DNA of 64,000 nt from Patescibacteria group bacterium (GTDB taxonomy: Bacteria > Patescibacteriota > Minisyncoccia > UBA6257 > GWB1-50-10). Positions 9,374 to 19,557 of the stretch are shown piece after piece. The notes beneath the pieces are model-generated. The model did no database searches and was not told the DNA's origin. It saw only the letters and a list, made by a program, of their open reading frames with translations. A program made the position numbers and the translations under genes. Numbering within the stretch: the stretch's first letter is position 1; every line of letters starts with the position of its first letter. The stretch spans positions 83,116 through 147,115 of the forward strand of contig JBFLWN010000002.1 of NCBI GenBank assembly GCA_040757555.1. Direction: 5' to 3'.

Positions 9374-10372
9374 TTATAGGTAACTGTATTTTTTTAATAC
9401 ATCTTCCACTTCATCCGCGCTTCTTGTATTCATAAGTTTTGTTCGCAATTCTTTTGCATTATCAAAACCGGAAACATATGCTTTAAAATGCTTTTTCATA
9501 TTATCAAAGTTTTTGAGTGATGTAGAGCGATTGATGTTTGAATTTCCAAAATATTTCTCGAAAAGACGCGCATGTTCAAGCATCGCCGATAATCGTTTTC
9601 TCAAAATAATCTCTCTCTTATTTTTTGCAAAGAAAAATGGATTTCCGAATATTCCCCTTCCCACCATTATTCCCTCAACTCCCGATTCTTTTGCCTTTTC
9701 CAATCCATCTTCCATGCTCAAAACATCTCCGTTTCCGACGATAAAAGGTCTTTCTTTCTCATCAGAAAAATATCCATCACGTAAAGAAACCGCATCGGCG
9801 ATTCTATCCCAACACGCAGAAACTTTCGACATTTCCTTTCGTGTTCTTCCATGCACGGTGATAACTGCGGGCTCCATTTCAAAAATATACGGGAGCCAAT
9901 CTTCCATCGTATCTTTGTTATATCCAAGACGCGTTTTTACCGATACCGGCAATTTTCCCGCACCGCGTTTTGTTTCTTTGATAATTTCCTGTGCAAGCCT
10001 CGGATTTTTCATAAGTGCCGCACCCGCACCCTGTTTTTCCACTGCACGATCAGGACATCCCATATTGATATCAATACCGTCAAATCCAAGTTCCCCAGCG
10101 AGTAATGCACATTCATAAAAATGTTTTGGTGTCGCGCCAAAAAATTGTGCCACAATCGGTTTCTGTTTTTTTGTATATTTCAGATCAATGAGTAGTTTCT
10201 CTTTTCCGCGTGAACACAATCCATCACACGAAACAAACTCAGTCCAAAAAACATCCGGTTTTCCGTATTTTGTGATAATTTCACGAAATGCAATATCAGT
10301 CACATCCGCCATTGGTGCAATCGCAAAAAATGGCTTTTTTGATTTTTTCCAAAATCCAAATTCCATAAGCAC
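9374..10372 (-). CDS. dus: tRNA-dihydrouridine synthase
   Basis: APMADVTD, DINMGCP, SVKTRLG, TVHGRT, GNGDV, MVGRG. Confidence 0.92.
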   Translation of the reverse strand: MLMEFGFWKKSKKPFFAIAPMADVTDIAFREIITKYGKPDVFWTEFVSCDGLCSRGKEKLLIDLKYTKKQKPIVAQFFGATPKHFYECALLAGELGFDGIDINMGCPDRAVEKQGAGAALMKNPRLAQEIIKETKRGAGKLPVSVKTRLGYNKDTMEDWLPYIFEMEPAVITVHGRTRKEMSKVSACWDRIADAVSLRDGYFSDEKERPFIVGNGDVLSMEDGLEKAKESGVEGIMVGRGIFGNPFFFAKNKREIILRKRLSAMLEHARLFEKYFGNSNINRSTSLKNFDNMKKHFKAYVSGFDNAKELRTKLMNTRSADEVEDVLKKYSYL

Positions 10373-10412
10373 TCTCTATTTTATAGAGAATAATAACAAT
10401 AACAAGTAGAAA

Positions 10413-10441
10413 TTGACACTTTATTAAATTAATGCTAGAAT
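10413..10441 (+). promoter_or_regulatory. near-consensus sigma70 promoter
   Basis: TTGACA-17 bp-TAGAAT with extended -10 TG; AAGGAG RBS downstream. Confidence 0.75.
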
Positions 10442-10482
10442 ACAACCAGCAAATTAACTAACTTTCTATAAGGAGATGCACA

Positions 10483-11118
10483 ATGAAAAAGGGATTTTTA
10501 ATTCTTTTGGGAATTATTTTATTTATTCTTTTGTTCTGCTCACAAACACCCGGACAACAATGCAATGGAGCAAGTTGGAGTTTCCAAATGTCCCATTTCG
10601 ACAAAATGAACCATGATGGCATGGATTATAAAAAGGGTTATACATTATATTCTCATGCACGACAACGCTTTGGTAATGTTGGAGTACTACTGATGTTCAA
10701 TTCAATTTCTGATTCTTCATGGGCAGTAGGTGCCGGACTTTCTTATTACTCGAAAACAACAACAACTGATATCGCTGCCGGTCCAAAGTATTCAATAAAA
10801 AACGGGGAAGAAGGAAGGGTTGTTTTTTGGGTTAAGGTACGAGAATATATCGCATTAACAAAAAACATCGAAATAAGAACATTCCTAGATTTTGCTGAAG
10901 TGATAAGTGCTGATGGATATATTTTATATTACTTTGATGAAAATCAAGTATGGGCACTGGGAATAACCGGGCAAACAAAATTTGGAGTTGGTGTTATCGG
11001 TCAATTATCACTAACAAATAACTTCGATATTTCAGCACGATTAATGACCGCTGGAGAAAGAGATAAAAAAGACCGCATCATACCTACTGGAGAAATAATA
11101 TTCAGAGCTACATTTTAA
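10483..11118 (+). CDS. exported hypothetical protein, beta-strand rich
   Basis: Signal-peptide-like N-terminus MKKGFLILLGIILFILLFC; alternating-pattern strands; C-terminal Phe. Confidence 0.7.
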   Translation: MKKGFLILLGIILFILLFCSQTPGQQCNGASWSFQMSHFDKMNHDGMDYKKGYTLYSHARQRFGNVGVLLMFNSISDSSWAVGAGLSYYSKTTTTDIAAGPKYSIKNGEEGRVVFWVKVREYIALTKNIEIRTFLDFAEVISADGYILYYFDENQVWALGITGQTKFGVGVIGQLSLTNNFDISARLMTAGERDKKDRIIPTGEIIFRATF

Positions 11119-11122
11119 CTAC

Positions 11123-11155
11123 AAAAAAAGCGCAACAAAATTGTTGCGCTTTTTT
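11123..11155. terminator. bidirectional terminator-like hairpin
   Basis: AAAAAAAGCGCAAC-AAAATT-GTTGCGCTTTTTT. Confidence 0.75.
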
Positions 11156-11156
11156 A

Positions 11157-11185
11157 TTGACTAAATAATAATTTTATTTTATAGT
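11157..11185 (+). promoter_or_regulatory. sigma70-type promoter
   Basis: TTGACT-17 bp-TATAGT; AAGGAG RBS before the TTG start at 11224. Confidence 0.6.
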
Positions 11186-11223
11186 GGACCGAGTAAATAA
11201 AAATATAAAAAAGGAGAAATGCA

Positions 11224-12621
11224 TTGAAAATAAGTATCATAGAAGCATCGTCTGGAAATAACCAGATCTTTGGTATTACGGATATGGAGCTTATTGGACC
11301 AATTTTAATTGGTACAGTACTTCGTAATGCCGGATACGATGTAAAAGTATTCAGAGAAACTTCGTCCGGCGGTGTTGATTGGGAATGGGTAATGAATTCC
11401 AACGTCGTTGGTATTTCTTGTATGACCCCATCGGCGTCTCGAGCATACGAAATTGGAGATATCATTAAATCAAAAGGAATTCCTGTAGTTATGGGAGGTA
11501 TACACCCCACACTTTGCCCCAATGAGTGTTTGGAACACTCGGATTTTGTTGTTCGCAACGAGGGCGAAGATACTGTCTTGGAAGTTCTCGAGTTTATAAG
11601 AAACATACCAAAAAATATTAACGAAATATTGGGTATTTCTTATAAAGACACAGAGGGTAATATACATCACAATCCAGACAGACCATTCATAAGGAATCTT
11701 GATGAATATCCGATACCTGACTTTTCATTGGTAAGTGGCATAAAGAAAAAAGGGATTATTGAAAAAACCCTATTTCTTCCGATAAAACCGATTTTTACCT
11801 CAAGGGGATGTCCTTACAAATGCACATTTTGTTCTGTACGAATCATGTTCGGAGGGAAATATAGGACAAAAAGTGTCGAGAGAATCATCAAAGAAATGCG
11901 TTACATGCGACAGTTCTCTAAAAATTTCTTTTTTGTCGATGACAATATTGGAGTCGATCAAAAAAGATTGAGGAATCTGTGTAATGCAATAATCGATAAT
12001 GGGCTAAACGATTGTGCGTGGAATGCGCAGGTAAGATTGGAAATTGCCAAAGACGAGAATCTACTGAAGCTCATGGCGCGGGCAGGATGTACACGGGTGC
12101 ATATTGGTTTCGAATCTGCAAGCGATACCTCACTTGAAGCGATGAAAAAAAATCAAACTGCAGGAGAAATGAAAAAAGCAATTGCAGCATTCCATAATGC
12201 AGGAATAAAGATTCATGGGATGTTTATTCTTGGATTTGATACCGATGATGTGTCTATTTTTGATAAAACTTTACATCATATCAGAAACATCAAGGTAGAT
12301 ACCGCACACTGTACCGCACTTACTATGTTCCCAGGAACCCCTGATTACAAAGAAATACAAAAACAAAATCGACTCATCCCAGGAATACAATGGAAAGACA
12401 TGAATATGTTCAACGTGACATTTCAGCCGGCGCAGATGACCCCTCGTGAACTACAAACAGGAATATTTGGTGTAATGAAAAAATTCTATAATTTCGGATA
12501 TCTCGTAAGAAACATAAGGAGAGAAGGATTTTTTGCATTGCAGGTATACCTTTATGTAAAACTCGCCTTGAAAAAGGCAAAATCACAACTTGATGAATTT
12601 CTTCAAAGATTTAATCTATAA
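11224..12621 (+). CDS. B12-binding-domain radical SAM protein
   Basis: VVGIS..., VVMGGIHPT, EGE cobalamin-domain motifs; TSRGCPYKCTFC (CxxxCxxC); FFVDDN; IGFES; FILGFD; PGT. Confidence 0.9.
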   Translation: MKISIIEASSGNNQIFGITDMELIGPILIGTVLRNAGYDVKVFRETSSGGVDWEWVMNSNVVGISCMTPSASRAYEIGDIIKSKGIPVVMGGIHPTLCPNECLEHSDFVVRNEGEDTVLEVLEFIRNIPKNINEILGISYKDTEGNIHHNPDRPFIRNLDEYPIPDFSLVSGIKKKGIIEKTLFLPIKPIFTSRGCPYKCTFCSVRIMFGGKYRTKSVERIIKEMRYMRQFSKNFFFVDDNIGVDQKRLRNLCNAIIDNGLNDCAWNAQVRLEIAKDENLLKLMARAGCTRVHIGFESASDTSLEAMKKNQTAGEMKKAIAAFHNAGIKIHGMFILGFDTDDVSIFDKTLHHIRNIKVDTAHCTALTMFPGTPDYKEIQKQNRLIPGIQWKDMNMFNVTFQPAQMTPRELQTGIFGVMKKFYNFGYLVRNIRREGFFALQVYLYVKLALKKAKSQLDEFLQRFNL

Positions 12622-12652
12622 AAAAAGTGCAACAAAATGGTTGCACTTTTTT
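12620..12652. terminator. bidirectional terminator-like hairpin related to 11123..11155
   Basis: AAAAAAAGTGCAAC-AAAATG-GTTGCACTTTTTT, with a compensatory C-G to T-A change. Confidence 0.75.
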
Positions 12653-12653
12653 C

Positions 12654-12697
12654 TTTGTGTGGAATACAAAAAAATGGAATCCTCTCAACTCTTTTTT
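12654..12697 (-). repeat. right end of tRNA-associated module: shared 16-mer plus degenerate tRNA-Gly 3' copy
   Basis: Minus strand reads AAAAAAGAGTTGAGAG (identical to 19835..19850), then GATTCC, then GTATTCCACACAAA (12/14 match to tRNA-Gly 3' GTATCCCGCACAAA). Confidence 0.65.
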
Positions 12698-12707
12698 TAA
12701 CACTAAA

Positions 12708-13919
12708 TTAATCTTCAACAACCCCAGTGTTTTTGTAAACACCTGCCCTATATCTACGCGCAATGTACAAATATAACGGGAAAAGTACTAAAAATAGAAT
12801 AACTCCTAAATATAGAAACCCGTACTGATAAGACACTTTCTCAATCATAAACCCAACTCCAAAACTTGAGATTGCAGCAACAATTTGATCAATTTGTGAA
12901 CCAGTTGATAATAATGTGGCCTTAAAATTACTTGATTTGATAATATCAAGTTGATAGCCTTCATCAACTTTATTTAGCCCCCACTGAAACGCATTTATAA
13001 CAATAAAAGTAAGTACTACTATCCACCAAGTTGATGTTATCCCTAAAATAAGAATCAAAAATGTATAAACAATAAATTGGAACTTATAAAAGGAAAGTAG
13101 TGTAACATATTTTTTAATTTTTCCACTATAAGCAAGTATAAGTGAAGCAAACGCTCTTCCTATACCAAAAAACACTCCATACCAAATTACAGGTATTTCA
13201 AGAAGTATCTGATATGGAGCACGGAACCCACCAATACTAAATAATGTTCCACTAATAATTCCAGAAAATAGAGCAATACTGAAGTAATTGAGATGATATC
13301 CTTCTTTTACTACTTGCTTAAAATTTGTTGCCCCAATTTCTTTAATATGCTCCTGTGGCACAGGTGGTATCACTAAAGAAATGGCCGCCAATAATCCTAC
13401 CAAATCAACTACAAGAGCTATAAGAAATGGAGTCTTATAACTCACACCTACCAAAAATGGTATTAATACCATAAATATAATAGGAACAGCAAAACCAATT
13501 GAACTAATCTTCCCCATCACTTTCGTGTAGTCTTTTTCTCTGTTGAGACCCCGTAAAGTCTCATGCATAAAAGCACTCCCCGTGCCACTATGAAAAGCCG
13601 AACTCATACTTAAAAAAATCGCCCCAAGTATTAAGAAAATGATATCATCTGCGACAAGAAAAAATATTGTCGATAATAACATCAAAACTCGAGATATAAT
13701 CAACGCGTATTTGTGTCCGATTTTATCGGAAGCATATCCACTGGGGATCTCAAAAATAAAACCAGAAATACTTCCCGCGAGAAGAATAACTCCAATTATT
13801 TTTGGCGTTACGTCTGGTATGGTTAAATAATAAGCTCCTAAAATTGCAACAAAAATTCTCTTATTGGCAATTAACAAGAGAGTATATTTCCAAATATTAC
13901 TTTGTAGTTTCTTCTGCAT
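12708..13919 (-). CDS. MFS transporter
   Basis: About 12 hydrophobic segments; motif A FEIPSGYASDKIGHK; SGT. Start moved to ATG 13919 because the ORF-track extension overlaps tRNA-Gly. Confidence 0.88.
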   Translation of the reverse strand: MQKKLQSNIWKYTLLLIANKRIFVAILGAYYLTIPDVTPKIIGVILLAGSISGFIFEIPSGYASDKIGHKYALIISRVLMLLSTIFFLVADDIIFLILGAIFLSMSSAFHSGTGSAFMHETLRGLNREKDYTKVMGKISSIGFAVPIIFMVLIPFLVGVSYKTPFLIALVVDLVGLLAAISLVIPPVPQEHIKEIGATNFKQVVKEGYHLNYFSIALFSGIISGTLFSIGGFRAPYQILLEIPVIWYGVFFGIGRAFASLILAYSGKIKKYVTLLSFYKFQFIVYTFLILILGITSTWWIVVLTFIVINAFQWGLNKVDEGYQLDIIKSSNFKATLLSTGSQIDQIVAAISSFGVGFMIEKVSYQYGFLYLGVILFLVLFPLYLYIARRYRAGVYKNTGVVED

Positions 13920-13931
13920 GAGGAATTTTTG

Positions 13932-14002
13932 TGCGGGATACGGGAATCGAACCCGTGTCTCAACCTTGGGAAGGTCGCATTCTACCACTGAACCAATCCC
14001 GC
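13932..14002 (-). tRNA. tRNA-Gly(CCC)
   Basis: GCGGGAT...CGACC-TTCCCAA-GGTTG...GGTTCGATTCC...ATCCCGC-A cloverleaf; CCA not encoded. Confidence 0.93.
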
Positions 14003-14007
14003 TTTTA

Positions 14008-14289
14008 TTATTGTGTACTTGTTGCTTTCGGAGGGATCACAATAATCATATTCTCCCCCTGTTTTTTATAATTCAACTGTGCACGTAATTCTTTTACTAA
14101 ATTTTCCGGATTTTTAAAATATTCGATTTTTTCGACCAATGATGCGTTTTCTTTTTTCAACGAATCCGCGGTTTCTTGAAGTTTCTTTACTTCTGCCGTA
14201 AATATTTCTCGTTCTGTTTTCAAACGATAAAAACCCCATACAAGGATACCAAATATAACTATAAAAAGAAGAATTTTGAGAATTTTCAT
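14008..14289 (-). CDS. FtsB/DivIC-like septum formation initiator
   Basis: Single N-terminal TM, coiled coil, NPENLVKELRAQLNYKKQGE resembling the 'ARE.LG..K.GE' motif. Confidence 0.65.
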   Translation of the reverse strand: MKILKILLFIVIFGILVWGFYRLKTEREIFTAEVKKLQETADSLKKENASLVEKIEYFKNPENLVKELRAQLNYKKQGENMIIVIPPKATSTQ

Positions 14290-14330
14290 ATAGCACAAGA
14301 GTTATCCTCTCCGCATCTGATTATATAACA

Positions 14331-14362
14331 AACCCCGACCATTTATAAATAGTCGGGGTTGT
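14331..14362 (-). terminator. terminator after fusA
   Basis: AACCCCGAC...GTCGGGGTT hairpin. Confidence 0.6.
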
Positions 14363-14381
14363 TTTGGAAATTATTTAGTGT

Positions 14382-16493
14382 TTATTTCTTTTTTCCTTCA
14401 ATAATAAGCTGAGCGACATTTCCCGGAACTTCTGCATAATGGCTGAATTCCATAGTAAATGATCCCCTTCCCTGTGTCATTGAACGAAGTTTTGTCACAT
14501 ATCCAAACATTTCAGAAAGCGGTACCTCAGCATCCACCAGACGAGCAGTGCCACGTTCTCCCATTTCATTAATCTTTGCACGCTTTGAACTTAAATCACC
14601 AGTGATGTCGCCCAAGAATTCTCCCGGAGCAATTGTCTGTATTTTCATGATTGGTTCAAGTAATACCAACTTACCGAGTTTTGCGGCTTCCTGGAATGCC
14701 ATTGCACCTGCGATTTGGAAAGCGATTTCGGATGAGTCAACTTCATGGAACGATCCATCATAGAGTGTTACCTTCACATCAGTTACCGGATATCCCGCAA
14801 GCACACCTTTCGTGATTGCTTCTTTCACTCCCTTCTCGATAGGAGCGATAAATTCCTGAGGAATGACCCCCCCTTTAATTGCATCAACAAATTCAAATCC
14901 TTTTCCACGTTCCAATGGTTCAACCTCCAATCGCACATGACCATATTGACCGCGTCCTCCTGACTGACGAATATATTTTCCCTCTCCCTTTGCCTGATTT
15001 TTGATTGTTTCTTTATATGCAACCTGCGGACGACCCACATTCGATTCCACACTGAATTCTCGCTTCATGCGTTCAACAAGTACTTCCAAGTGAAGTTCAC
15101 CCATACCTTCGATAATTGTTTCTCCGGAATCATTTCCACTCACACGGAATGTCGGATCTTCATCCGCAAGACGGCGAAGTGCAAGACCCATTTTTTCCTG
15201 GTCGGCTTTTGTTTTTGGTTCAATACGAATTGAAATAACCGGTTCTGGAAATGTAATTTTTTCGAGAATAATTGGAGTTTCCGGATCGGACAATGAATCT
15301 CCTGTTCCCGTATTTTTTAACCCAACAAGAGCTCCCAAATCTCCCGCATAAATTTCTTCAACCTCTTCTCGATGATTCGCGTGCATACGAACAATACGTC
15401 CCACACGTTCCTGTGTATTTTTCGATGAATTCAAAATATAACTTCCCCGTTTTAATATTCCTGAATATACCCTGAAGAATGAAAGAGTTCCCACAAAAGG
15501 ATCCGCTGCAATCTTGAATGCGAGTGCGGAAAGTGGAGCATCATCTTTTGCAACAATTTCTACTTCTTCGTGTTTTTGATTTAATCCTTTTACCGGAGGT
15601 TTATCGAGAGGTGATGGAAGGTACTCGATGACTGCATCAAGCACAAGCTGCACTCCCTTGTTTTTGAGTGCTGAACCCGCAAGTACAGGAACTAATTTCC
15701 CCGCAAGCGTAGCGGCACGAAGTGCTTTTTTTAATGTGGGAACAGAAATTTCTTTTCCTTCCAAATATTCACTGATTAATTGATCATCGGTTTCCGCTAT
15801 TTTTTCAACAAGCTCGTGGCGCTTTTTCTCCACAAGTTCTTTCATATCTTCCGGCACATCTCCCGATACTATTTTTTCTCCACGTTCACCCTCAAATCGA
15901 TACGCCTTTTTATCAAATAAATTCACAATACCCGAAAATGCATCTTCAGTCCCAATAGGAAGTTGAATTGCAACTGCGTTTGGAGTGAGTCGGTCAATAA
16001 TGGAAGCAAAACTCCTTTCGAAACTTGCACCCATACGATCGAGTTTATTAATAAAACAAAGACGCGGAACATTGTATTCATCAGCATAACGCCAATTTGT
16101 TTCCGATTGAGGTTCAACCCCGGCCACTCCGTCAAACACCACTACTGCGCCATCGAGAACACGAAGCGATCGTTTCACTTCAACGGTGAAATCAATATGC
16201 CCTGGAGTATCAATAAGATTGATACGATATTCGTTTTTCTTTGCATCTGGCGAATTATGATCAATATATGTGGGGGTCCAAAAACAAGTAGTTGCTGCGG
16301 AAGTGATTGTAATTCCACGCTCACGCTCCTGATCCATCCAATCCATTACGGCCTCCCCTTCATGGACTTCTCCGATTTTATGCGAAACCCCGGTATAAAA
16401 AAGAACACGCTCTGAAACGGTGGTTTTCCCCGCATCAATATGAGCGATAATTCCGATATCACGAACTCGTTCCATTGGGTATTGTCTAGGCAT
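14382..16493 (-). CDS. fusA: elongation factor G
   Basis: [30 protein letters not shown]. Confidence 0.98.
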   Translation of the reverse strand: MPRQYPMERVRDIGIIAHIDAGKTTVSERVLFYTGVSHKIGEVHEGEAVMDWMDQERERGITITSAATTCFWTPTYIDHNSPDAKKNEYRINLIDTPGHIDFTVEVKRSLRVLDGAVVVFDGVAGVEPQSETNWRYADEYNVPRLCFINKLDRMGASFERSFASIIDRLTPNAVAIQLPIGTEDAFSGIVNLFDKKAYRFEGERGEKIVSGDVPEDMKELVEKKRHELVEKIAETDDQLISEYLEGKEISVPTLKKALRAATLAGKLVPVLAGSALKNKGVQLVLDAVIEYLPSPLDKPPVKGLNQKHEEVEIVAKDDAPLSALAFKIAADPFVGTLSFFRVYSGILKRGSYILNSSKNTQERVGRIVRMHANHREEVEEIYAGDLGALVGLKNTGTGDSLSDPETPIILEKITFPEPVISIRIEPKTKADQEKMGLALRRLADEDPTFRVSGNDSGETIIEGMGELHLEVLVERMKREFSVESNVGRPQVAYKETIKNQAKGEGKYIRQSGGRGQYGHVRLEVEPLERGKGFEFVDAIKGGVIPQEFIAPIEKGVKEAITKGVLAGYPVTDVKVTLYDGSFHEVDSSEIAFQIAGAMAFQEAAKLGKLVLLEPIMKIQTIAPGEFLGDITGDLSSKRAKINEMGERGTARLVDAEVPLSEMFGYVTKLRSMTQGRGSFTMEFSHYAEVPGNVAQLIIEGKKK

Positions 16494-16569
16494 AAAATTT
16501 TTATTTAATTATTTTTTATAAATATATACCAAAATAAATTTCGCATTTTCATACGAAATCTATCCGCTT

Positions 16570-17040
16570 CTATCTCACGTAACTTGCAAACGCGCGATTC
16601 GCTTCTGCCATTCGATGCATGTCCTGTTTCTTCTTAATTGCGGTGCCCTCATTTTTTGACGCCAAAATCAATTCTTCGGCAAGACGCTTCGCCATTGGAG
16701 ATCCTTTCTTCTTTTTTGCAGTATCAATAATCCAATGTGATGCAAGGAAAAACTTTCTTTCCGGTCTTACTTCACGGGGAACTTGATAGTTTGCACCTCC
16801 CACACGCTTTGAAACTACTTCAAGAAGCGGTGATGCATTCACAATTGCTTTTTCAAAAATTTCTACCGGATCACCCTTAGTAATATTTTTTACTTCATCG
16901 AGTGCACGATAAAATACTCTTTCCGCAGTCGATTTTTCTCCTCCTACCATGATGTAGTTAATAAAACGAGCCATATCGATGCGCTCATGCACCGAATCCC
17001 CCACTATTTCATTTTTTTTAAAACTTGATCTTTTTCTCAT
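16570..17040 (-). CDS. rpsG: 30S ribosomal protein S7
   Basis: RVGGANYQVP, HRMAEANRAFA. Confidence 0.97.
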   Translation of the reverse strand: MRKRSSFKKNEIVGDSVHERIDMARFINYIMVGGEKSTAERVFYRALDEVKNITKGDPVEIFEKAIVNASPLLEVVSKRVGGANYQVPREVRPERKFFLASHWIIDTAKKKKGSPMAKRLAEELILASKNEGTAIKKKQDMHRMAEANRAFASYVR

Positions 17041-17055
17041 ATTGAATAGATGATG

Positions 17056-17469
17056 TTAGCTCTTTGCTCTTTTTGCTCCATATTTTGATCGCTGTTGTTT
17101 TCGCGCATTTACTCCCTGGGTATCGAGTACGCCACGAACAATATGGTAGCGAACTCCCGGAAGGTCTTTTACACGTCCACCACGAATCATTACCACAGAG
17201 TGTTCCTGAAGATTATGTCCTTCTCCCGGAATGTATGCGGTTACTTCCATGCCATTAGTAAGACGAACCCTCGCCACCTTTCGAAGTGCTGAGTTCGGTT
17301 TCTTTGGAGTAGTAGTGAATACCTTCAAACACACCCCTCGCTTAAACGGCGAAGATGAATCAACCGGCTTATTTAATAAGTAATTAAAATAGGTGCCAAG
17401 AGCTGGAACCTTTTTCTTCTTGAGGATTCTTTTCCTTCCACTTTTGATTAATTGAGATACGGTAGGCAT
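17056..17469 (-). CDS. rpsL: 30S ribosomal protein S12
   Basis: [27 protein letters not shown]; start corrected to ATG 17469. Confidence 0.97.
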   Translation of the reverse strand: MPTVSQLIKSGRKRILKKKKVPALGTYFNYLLNKPVDSSSPFKRGVCLKVFTTTPKKPNSALRKVARVRLTNGMEVTAYIPGEGHNLQEHSVVMIRGGRVKDLPGVRYHIVRGVLDTQGVNARKQQRSKYGAKRAKS

Positions 17470-17540
17470 AAAAACACTACTGCAAGTGCAGCAGGTATAA
17501 GAATAAGGCAAAACCACTGATTTTGTCAACACGTGATGGG

Positions 17541-18164
17541 TTAAAACCCTATAAAAAGACGATATAAAAAGCGGACAACCGGAGAAAGAAACTCAACTCC
17601 CAAAAATATAAAAATCATCAATACAAAGAATCCATATCGCTCGAATGCGTCAGCGAGATGCTCATATTTTTTTGGAATAAACGCAAAGAGTATTTTTGAT
17701 CCATCAAGTGGCGGAATCGGCACCAAATTAAAAATAGCCAACATAATATTAATCATCACTATAGAGGCAAAAAGCGGTTCAAGAGTGAGCAGTGCCCCAC
17801 TCACACTTGGCACATACATAAAAAGACGATAAAAAATAGCAAATATAAATGCGACGATAAGATTACTTGCGGGACCAGCGGCGGCAATAAGCGCCCCCCC
17901 TTTTTTTGGATCTTTTAGGTTAAGTGGGTTATAGGGAACCGGTTTTGCCCACCCCAAAATAATTCCACCGGGAATGAGGGACATAAGAAGAGGAAGAATA
18001 ATTGAACCAAATGGATCAATGTGTTTTATCGGATTTAATGTAAGTCTCCCTAAATTGCGAGCAGTGGGATCCCCCAATTCTTCAGCAATATATCCATGTG
18101 ATACCTCGTGTATGACCACCGAAAATATAAGAACAATAATTTGAAACAAAATGATAAATTCCAT
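17541..18164 (-). CDS. M50 site-2 membrane metalloprotease
   Basis: [24 protein letters not shown]. Confidence 0.9.
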   Translation of the reverse strand: MEFIILFQIIVLIFSVVIHEVSHGYIAEELGDPTARNLGRLTLNPIKHIDPFGSIILPLLMSLIPGGIILGWAKPVPYNPLNLKDPKKGGALIAAAGPASNLIVAFIFAIFYRLFMYVPSVSGALLTLEPLFASIVMINIMLAIFNLVPIPPLDGSKILFAFIPKKYEHLADAFERYGFFVLMIFIFLGVEFLSPVVRFLYRLFIGF

Positions 18165-18213
18165 GATAGGGACATTATATAGGAAAATTATTCCTCATGC
18201 TATAATGAGGGAT

Positions 18214-18864
18214 ATGGAAAGAAAAAGTGTTGGTTTATATGTAACCATTGCCCTCGTTTTTGTGTTTGCACTCACTGGATTCTTTTTTGTTTTTGATTCA
18301 ATTGGAACTTTACGCGCCGATGTGAGAAATGTCGAAATGGCACTTGAGCTCGCCAATAAAGAGCGACAAGCAACTCCAGTTGAACAACCAATAAAAAAAG
18401 AGGTGCCAGAAATTAAAAATACCACATCATCGGAAGAACAAGCTCCAGAAACAGTTACCAGCGTTGCAACAGTGCCAACAGCGATTCTTATGGATGTCCA
18501 ATCAAGCCCAACACTCCTCCCACAAACAAACCTTTCTCTTTCTGTGGAGAGTATAAGTAAGAACTCAAACAATACCCTCTCGATTAATTTCAAAATTTAT
18601 ACCAATAAAGCAACAGGAAATTCATCAATCGATCCTTCAAAAATATTCAGTATCGTTGCACTCGATGGCAATAATATCGAATCGTTTAAAACAAATGGAC
18701 AGTTTTCTTCAATACCTCCCAAGAGCATGATTTCCGGAAGTATATTATTTAGAATTTCCCAAGCTCAAAATACGGTTATTCTCCAAATTGGATATGGAGA
18801 AAATATAAAGTTCTATGAAGTGAATTTTTCGGAAAAGAGTTATAAAGAAACGGTTATCGGATAA
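18214..18864 (+). CDS. membrane-anchored hypothetical protein
   Basis: N-terminal TM, linker, beta-rich C-terminal domain; TGnTATAAT 7 nt before ATG 18214. Confidence 0.7.
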   Translation: MERKSVGLYVTIALVFVFALTGFFFVFDSIGTLRADVRNVEMALELANKERQATPVEQPIKKEVPEIKNTTSSEEQAPETVTSVATVPTAILMDVQSSPTLLPQTNLSLSVESISKNSNNTLSINFKIYTNKATGNSSIDPSKIFSIVALDGNNIESFKTNGQFSSIPPKSMISGSILFRISQAQNTVILQIGYGENIKFYEVNFSEKSYKETVIG

Positions 18865-18924
18865 TATCCCAAAAAATTTGCATTTTTTCGAAAAATAGAT
18901 ATAATACTTCTATATATAAAACAT

Positions 18925-19119
18925 ATGCGCGCGTGCGAAAAATGCGAAAAATCATATAAAATGGGAGGAACCAGAAAGCTTCTCCGTGGACATTACAATC
19001 CAACCACTTCAGGAAAAAAGAAGGCGAATTTACAATGGACGAATCTTCTTGTCCCAGGAAAACGATCGAAGGTGTGTACTACGTGTTTAAGAACACTCAG
19101 TAAGACAAAAAAGAAATAA
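18925..19119 (+). CDS. rpmB: 50S ribosomal protein L28 (zinc-type)
   Basis: MRACEKC...NLQ...KVCTTCLRT; basic 64 aa; TTGCAT/TATAAT promoter upstream. Confidence 0.8.
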   Translation: MRACEKCEKSYKMGGTRKLLRGHYNPTTSGKKKANLQWTNLLVPGKRSKVCTTCLRTLSKTKKK

Positions 19120-19158
19120 AAGAAAAATCCCCGCCTTTGGGGATTTTTTAATTAACTC

Positions 19159-19380
19159 TTATTTTTTTTCATCAGAATAAAGAGGGCCAGATATCGCTTC
19201 GTCGCCTCTATCTCCAGGATAAGACCTTAAAGGTTGTTTTTCTTCCTCGAGAAGCACAAGGCCATTTTTTGAAGAAAGAATTCCGATTGGAAATATGGCA
19301 CTAAGCTCATATTCCTCTTGTGTTTCTTTTTTTGGATCAAAGGGTTTATTTGGTCCAATTGTTTTATCCGACATATTCAC
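19159..19380 (-). CDS. small hypothetical protein
   Basis: ORF with GAGGTG RBS before ATG 19374; shares a hairpin with convergent rpmB. Confidence 0.4.
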   Translation of the reverse strand: MNMSDKTIGPNKPFDPKKETQEEYELSAIFPIGILSSKNGLVLLEEEKQPLRSYPGDRGDEAISGPLYSDEKK

Positions 19381-19486
19381 CTCAATATATGTTTAAAAAC
19401 TGCTTTATATTCTAAACTAAAAATACAAAAATGTCCACCCGTAACTATCAATATAATTATCTTTGAGTATAATGAAATAGATCTTT

Positions 19487-19557
19487 CGGGCTGTAGTATA
19501 CCGGTAGTACGCATGCATGGGGTGCATGTAGACCGGGTTCAATTCCCGGCAGCCCGA
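19487..19557 (+). tRNA. tRNA-Pro(GGG)
   Basis: CGGGCTG...CATGC-ATGGGGT-GCATG...GGTTCAATTCC...CAGCCCG-A. Confidence 0.92.

Noticed and set aside
13920-13988. N-terminal extension of the MFS ORF
   Set aside because: It is the tRNA-Gly sequence read in frame; the true start is ATG 13919.
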